From IMG/VR virus record IMGVR_UViG_3300033075_001196, positions 1 through 64,000 of that record: a stretch of DNA of 64,000 bases; one strand, written 5' to 3'. Source of the DNA: a virus. Taxonomy: Duplodnaviria; Caudoviricetes. The stretch's first letter is position 1; every line of letters begins with the position of its first letter. Below, one piece after another: positions 62,206 through 64,000 of the stretch. The translations under genes were made by a program, and so were the position numbers. The notes below the pieces were generated by a model, which saw only the letters and a program-made list of their open reading frames with translations, made no database searches and was not told where the DNA came from.

Positions 62206-63509
62206 TGTTCTTTAAATTCTGGTATTTTGAATGTTGTTAATTCTGGGCTAGAAATTAATTTAGTTTCTTTAAATTGATCTAAATTATTAAAAATATCCTC
62301 TATTTTATTTTTCATCATTTCTAATGAAAATTTATTTTTTGTTATATTAATATGTTTTTTGGAAGTATCCAAAAATTTCGCATACAATTTATGACATGAA
62401 TCTAAAATTTGTGAAGCGTATGTATAGTTTACTGTGAACCAACCACTTTCAGCCATTATCCAATTATTAACTGCTGATGGTGCTACCTGAGTTATTTGTC
62501 CTGGTAATAAATAACAAGCTTCTTGATTAAGAAAATCCAATTGACCTGACCATCCTGACGCAATGACTGGTTTGCCAGTTGCAGTAAATTCTAATAATGG
62601 CCTACCAAATCCTTCCCCCTTAGTAAAGGATACCATTGCTTTAATTTTTTCATGATTGTATAATGAATTCATTTCATTGTCTGATAATTCTCCGTGAATT
62701 ACATAAACATTTGGTAATGACCCCTCATGCCCCTGATCTTTAATCAATTCACCAATTGTTTGTATTTTATTTTGTAGAGATAACAATTCCAAATTGCTAA
62801 AATTTGCATGAGATGTTTTTAAAACTAATGCAGGTCTGTTTTGGGGTGCCTTTCTTTTAAATGTATTATAGAATGTATGTATTAGCATACCTATATCCTT
62901 TCTATCAGCACCCAAATCTCCTTGTAACCAATGCCCAACAAACAAAAATGCATAGTCCTCGGTAACTGTTTTCATTAATGAATTTACTGTAGAATCATTG
63001 CAAGTTATCTTTTTAAATATGTTGGTATCAATACCTTCAAACAACACCTCACAAGGAGCTGTTAATTTTAATACTTCGATAACTACATCAGATCCTTCAT
63101 TTTTCTTTTCAAATATAGTTGATTCGAATACCCGCTTTGAATGTTCTGACGATGTTAGCACTAAATGCATTCGATTACAACCTTCTATCCATTCAGGTTT
63201 GCATAATGTTGTTTCTATTCCTGCAGTTAATCCAATATTATAATCTCCAACCGCTTGAAATTCATTTGGTATTGTACATTGGATCCAAATCTCTGGTTTA
63301 TATGTTAATTGAGGAATTATCCTTTCATGAATGGCTCTGTGTTTAGGATCAGTCAACACTAATGCTGTTTGGGGAGTATCTCCCCATGGTGTCGCTATGA
63401 TATCAACATCATAACCCAAATCTATTAATGATGAAACAAAATCTCTAGACCTTGCACCGTAACCGCTTAAAGTTCTTACTGGTGCGGCGATTGTAACTTT
63501 TTTATTCAT
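62202..63509 (-). CDS. GT4 glycosyltransferase
   Basis: SGYGARSRD; GEGFGRPLLE; WSGQLDF. Confidence 0.88.
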   Translation of the reverse strand: MNKKVTIAAPVRTLSGYGARSRDFVSSLIDLGYDVDIIATPWGDTPQTALVLTDPKHRAIHERIIPQLTYKPEIWIQCTIPNEFQAVGDYNIGLTAGIETTLCKPEWIEGCNRMHLVLTSSEHSKRVFESTIFEKKNEGSDVVIEVLKLTAPCEVLFEGIDTNIFKKITCNDSTVNSLMKTVTEDYAFLFVGHWLQGDLGADRKDIGMLIHTFYNTFKRKAPQNRPALVLKTSHANFSNLELLSLQNKIQTIGELIKDQGHEGSLPNVYVIHGELSDNEMNSLYNHEKIKAMVSFTKGEGFGRPLLEFTATGKPVIASGWSGQLDFLNQEACYLLPGQITQVAPSAVNNWIMAESGWFTVNYTYASQILDSCHKLYAKFLDTSKKHINITKNKFSLEMMKNKIEDIFNNLDQFKETKLISSPELTTFKIPEFKEQ

Positions 63510-63512
63510 ATA

Positions 63513-64000
63513 TTATACTATTCCAATTTTTGTAACTTTTTTCTTAGGTTGCACTTTAATGATTTCTACCTTTGGTTTAGGTGTAAAAGTGTCTAGACAT
63601 ATATTGATTGCATCTGCCATTTTTGAGCTCATTATTTTACTTTCCATTCCCGCAGTTGTAATTAACCATTCTCTGCCTATTGAACCTGCTAATTTCCTTT
63701 CTTCTTTCGTTTTATTATACCAATATGATATTCCAGCAGCAACATCTTCAAGTTTGGCCCTATCGTCAAAAATATAAGGTGTTTCCAATGATCCTTGTAA
63801 TGATCTGTTTGATGGGATTATTGGATATGCCCAAGGACCATGATTTTTTAATATACCTGTATGGTTGGTAGTTAAATCTTCGGTTGGAAAGAATTCAGTG
63901 CCATCATCATTTTTATATCCTAATTGATCTTGCAATCCTCCAGTAACATTACTAATAATTGGTGTGCCTGCCATTAATGATTCAGCGGATGATAATCCAA
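63513..64000 (-). CDS. GT4 glycosyltransferase, C-terminal part (starts beyond window)
   Basis: GLSAAESLMAGTPIISNVTGGLQDQ; frame open at the window edge. Confidence 0.8.
   Translation of the reverse strand, partial: GLSSAESLMAGTPIISNVTGGLQDQLGYKNDDGTEFFPTEDLTTNHTGILKNHGPWAYPIIPSNRSLQGSLETPYIFDDRAKLEDVAAGISYWYNKTKEERKLAGSIGREWLITTAGMESKIMSSKMADAINICLDTFTPKPKVEIIKVQPKKKVTKIGIV

Noticed and set aside
867-63871. Many short antisense ORFs in the track (e.g. 867, 4218, 10424, 24996, 38493, 48503)
   Set aside because: Shadows of longer motif-bearing genes on the opposite strand
1-64000. Stop-codon reassignment
   Set aside because: Long genes are intact in code 11, and TAG and TGA end genes at normal junctions; only one isolated internal TAA was seen

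Overview
AT-rich, densely coding segment of a very large tailed-phage genome, most likely infecting Bacteroidota. The host call rests on recurrent TTTGG-N~19-TAYCTTTAT promoters, an apparent lack of Shine-Dalgarno sites and Bacteroidota-style outer-membrane proteins; the genetic code is standard. Layout: tRNA cluster 1 (1-1600, minus) behind a leader-peptide attenuator; Ser-rich virion/fibre genes (1922-8920, plus); small early genes with repeated promoter cassettes and a paralogous GLC family (9-22.4 kb); a foreign island of methyltransferase and ADP-ribosyltransferase-like genes separated by attC-like hairpins (23.5-27.75 kb); a TROVE/DUF2828-like VWA gene downstream of a family of tRNA-mimic RNAs sharing an ACTTACAAA stem (34.4-39 kb); tmRNA, tRNA cluster 2, phosphatase and ClpP (42.5-45.4 kb); and a sugar-modification/glycosyltransferase cluster with an RNA ligase (49.3-64 kb). 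Best candidates for new biology: the Ro/Y-RNA-like locus, the many-codon attenuator on the tRNA operon, and the attC-like cassette array. All calls were made by eye, with no database searches.
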